From Tubiluchus corallicola (lineage: Eukaryota; Animalia; Priapulida): DNA of 64,000 bases. Every line of letters starts with the position of its first letter. Position 1 is the stretch's first letter. The notes beneath the pieces are model-generated. The model was not told where the DNA came from. It was given only the letters and a program-made list of their open reading frames with translations, and ran no database searches. Made by a program: the position numbers and the translations under genes. The stretch is taken from the NCBI GenBank assembly GCA_030141605.1, contig JAQGDQ010000351.1:62001-126000 (forward strand), in the 5' to 3' direction. Positions 62,167 to 64,000 of this stretch are shown piece by piece.

Positions 62167-63341
62167 TTTACTTAAAATTGTTTTTTCTTCCTCCTTAAAT
62201 ATGCAACTAGCCGAAAATCTTACTCTTACACAGACGCTCTACATGCGCCATAACGTATCACTACGTCTAATTTTAAAACACATTGGAACATTTAACCCCA
62301 ATGTGCTATTTACTTTTAACGCCTACTGATTTTTGTCTGGGTCTTAAATTTTGCGATTTTTTTACTCATAAAATATTTATAGGTTGTATCGGTGCCGGAA
62401 ACGCACAACACAAGTTGAAGCAGAAATACACGGAATTTAGCGTCACTGTAGACCACACACGCGCTCTAAGATTTTAACAATTTCACTAAATAACAATAAA
62501 CAAACAGAAACGCATAATGCAGCGAGAATTACATCCAAACACAAATTACTTTTAAAGCCTAAAATATATATAGAGAGAGCGTACCGCTGTGCGCCATCTA
62601 TAGCAAAAAATACAAAACAGTTTGTTACTCCATATAAAGGCTAATAGTATATTGTATGCCAAATGTTACGTAAATGTACATAAATTTAATGGAATCGTTG
62701 ATAAAAAAACAAATCATACAAATTTTGAAAGTGCACCGTTTTTTTGCAAAATCTCATTGAAAATTTTCTACTAACAAACAACTATAAACATTTAAAAATC
62801 AAGAAAAAGGCGACACTTTTCGGGGCAAGATGGATTCCCATGACTGCTGAACCACTCAGGAGCTCAGGCCTTAAAGCCCACACCAGACATCACCATCCCA
62901 TCAGGCAGCTCAGTACCTCTTATAGCACCGAACAAAAGTCAGCAGCACATTATTATTTACATACCAGCACCTGCTCCATTACTGTGTCTTTACCCATGTA
63001 ATTTCTGTCGTGTAAATAATTATACGGTGTTTGTCATTGTATTTGATGTACTTTCAGTGTATTTTTGTAACAGTGATGTAACACAATAACACGGAAATGT
63101 GATTTTTAATAAATGAAGAATTTAGCAATTAACAAAAAATTCGACAATGCAACGCGGGATACTGCAATATTCCTCGAAGAAATAATGAGTTTATTAAATT
63201 AATGGTTTCAGCGCTATGTCTACCAACCAGACCACAGACGGATTCTTAATCTTTATCTCTGGTAGTTTAACATTTTTTAAATGAAGTCGTGCCCGTACTG
63301 CGCGTGTGATGGTGTCACACTGTTGACATGTTTGTGTATGT

Positions 63342-63411
63342 GGACACAGTAGCTCAAATTGATAGAGCATGTTCCCTGAAAGAGTTAAGCACTAGCTGGG
63401 AGTGAATACCA
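63342..63411 (+). pseudogene. tRNA-derived relic / SINE head
   Basis: GGACACAG-TAGCTCAAATTGATAGAGC-ATG... resembles a tRNA D-arm/A-box (GCTC/GAGC stem); degenerate B-box GGGAGTGAATACC; no intact cloverleaf. Confidence 0.45.
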
Positions 63412-63756
63412 AAGTTTTTCAGTACCTCCTTCAGCTAATTAGCCATAATTTAAATTATTTAATTAGCTAACTGAATGTGTAAGGGTGTCACACTTAATGA
63501 TACATTAATCTTTAAATCAAATTTTCAGTACCTACCTCCACTACGTAGTAATGTACGTAAGTGTTCTCATGTCTGACAAAGCTTGTGCAAATTGCAGGAG
63601 AAACAGGCAGCTATGCAGATTCATTCATACAACCTGAAAAAAACAAGTTGAACTCAGTTACACGTTTATTAACCTGCAAAAAAACACGAAAAATACTAGA
63701 AGCAAGAGCAGTAACAATCTTTCGCAGCTTATCAGGCTTCCAGCATCCTTCAACAA

Positions 63757-63830
<74 letters not shown>
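63757..63830. repeat. (ATT)n microsatellite (~24 units)
   Basis: Direct reading; gives the poly-Tyr in ORF 63561..63836. Confidence 0.97.
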
Positions 63831-64000
63831 CATTAAATAATTAACTTTATCAAATTACTGTTTTCCTTTAATTAATAATATTATAATTAATTCCACCATC
63901 GCAATGAATGGCGCCAAGAATCATAACACGTCAGTATCACTCCGCTCCCCACACCCTCCTCGTGAAATCTCAGCAATACCTCAAGACAGCCTTCGTTTGA

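Noticed and set aside
63561-63836. ORF ending in poly-Tyr
   Set aside because: Translation of (ATT)n microsatellite.

Overview
AT-rich eukaryotic (bilaterian invertebrate-type, CpG not obviously depleted) genomic DNA dominated by one minus-strand gene: the ZMIZ1/ZMIZ2 (Zimp10/tonalli) SP-RING transcriptional co-activator. I assembled by hand 19 coding exons with canonical GT-AG sites and consistent phases (39121 -> 1775; 3147 nt, 1048 aa + stop). The three N-terminal (TPR-region) exons are spread over ~29 kb including a 21-kb intron, while exons 4-19 are packed into 8.5 kb. A candidate 39-nt upstream exon (46553-46591) ends in an in-frame ATG. The rest is intron/5' flank with two minisatellites, microsatellites, a diverged interspersed-repeat pair and tRNA-/transposon-derived relics. 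There is no other credible protein-coding gene and no prokaryotic-type system. The most interesting signals are regulatory hypotheses: an internal promoter giving a TPR-less (ZMIZ2-like) isoform, a proximal polyA site that would delete a 3'UTR rich in miRNA seed matches, a minisatellite apparently related to a splice-donor region, a possible recursive splice site, and CSL/Su(H) motif enrichment.
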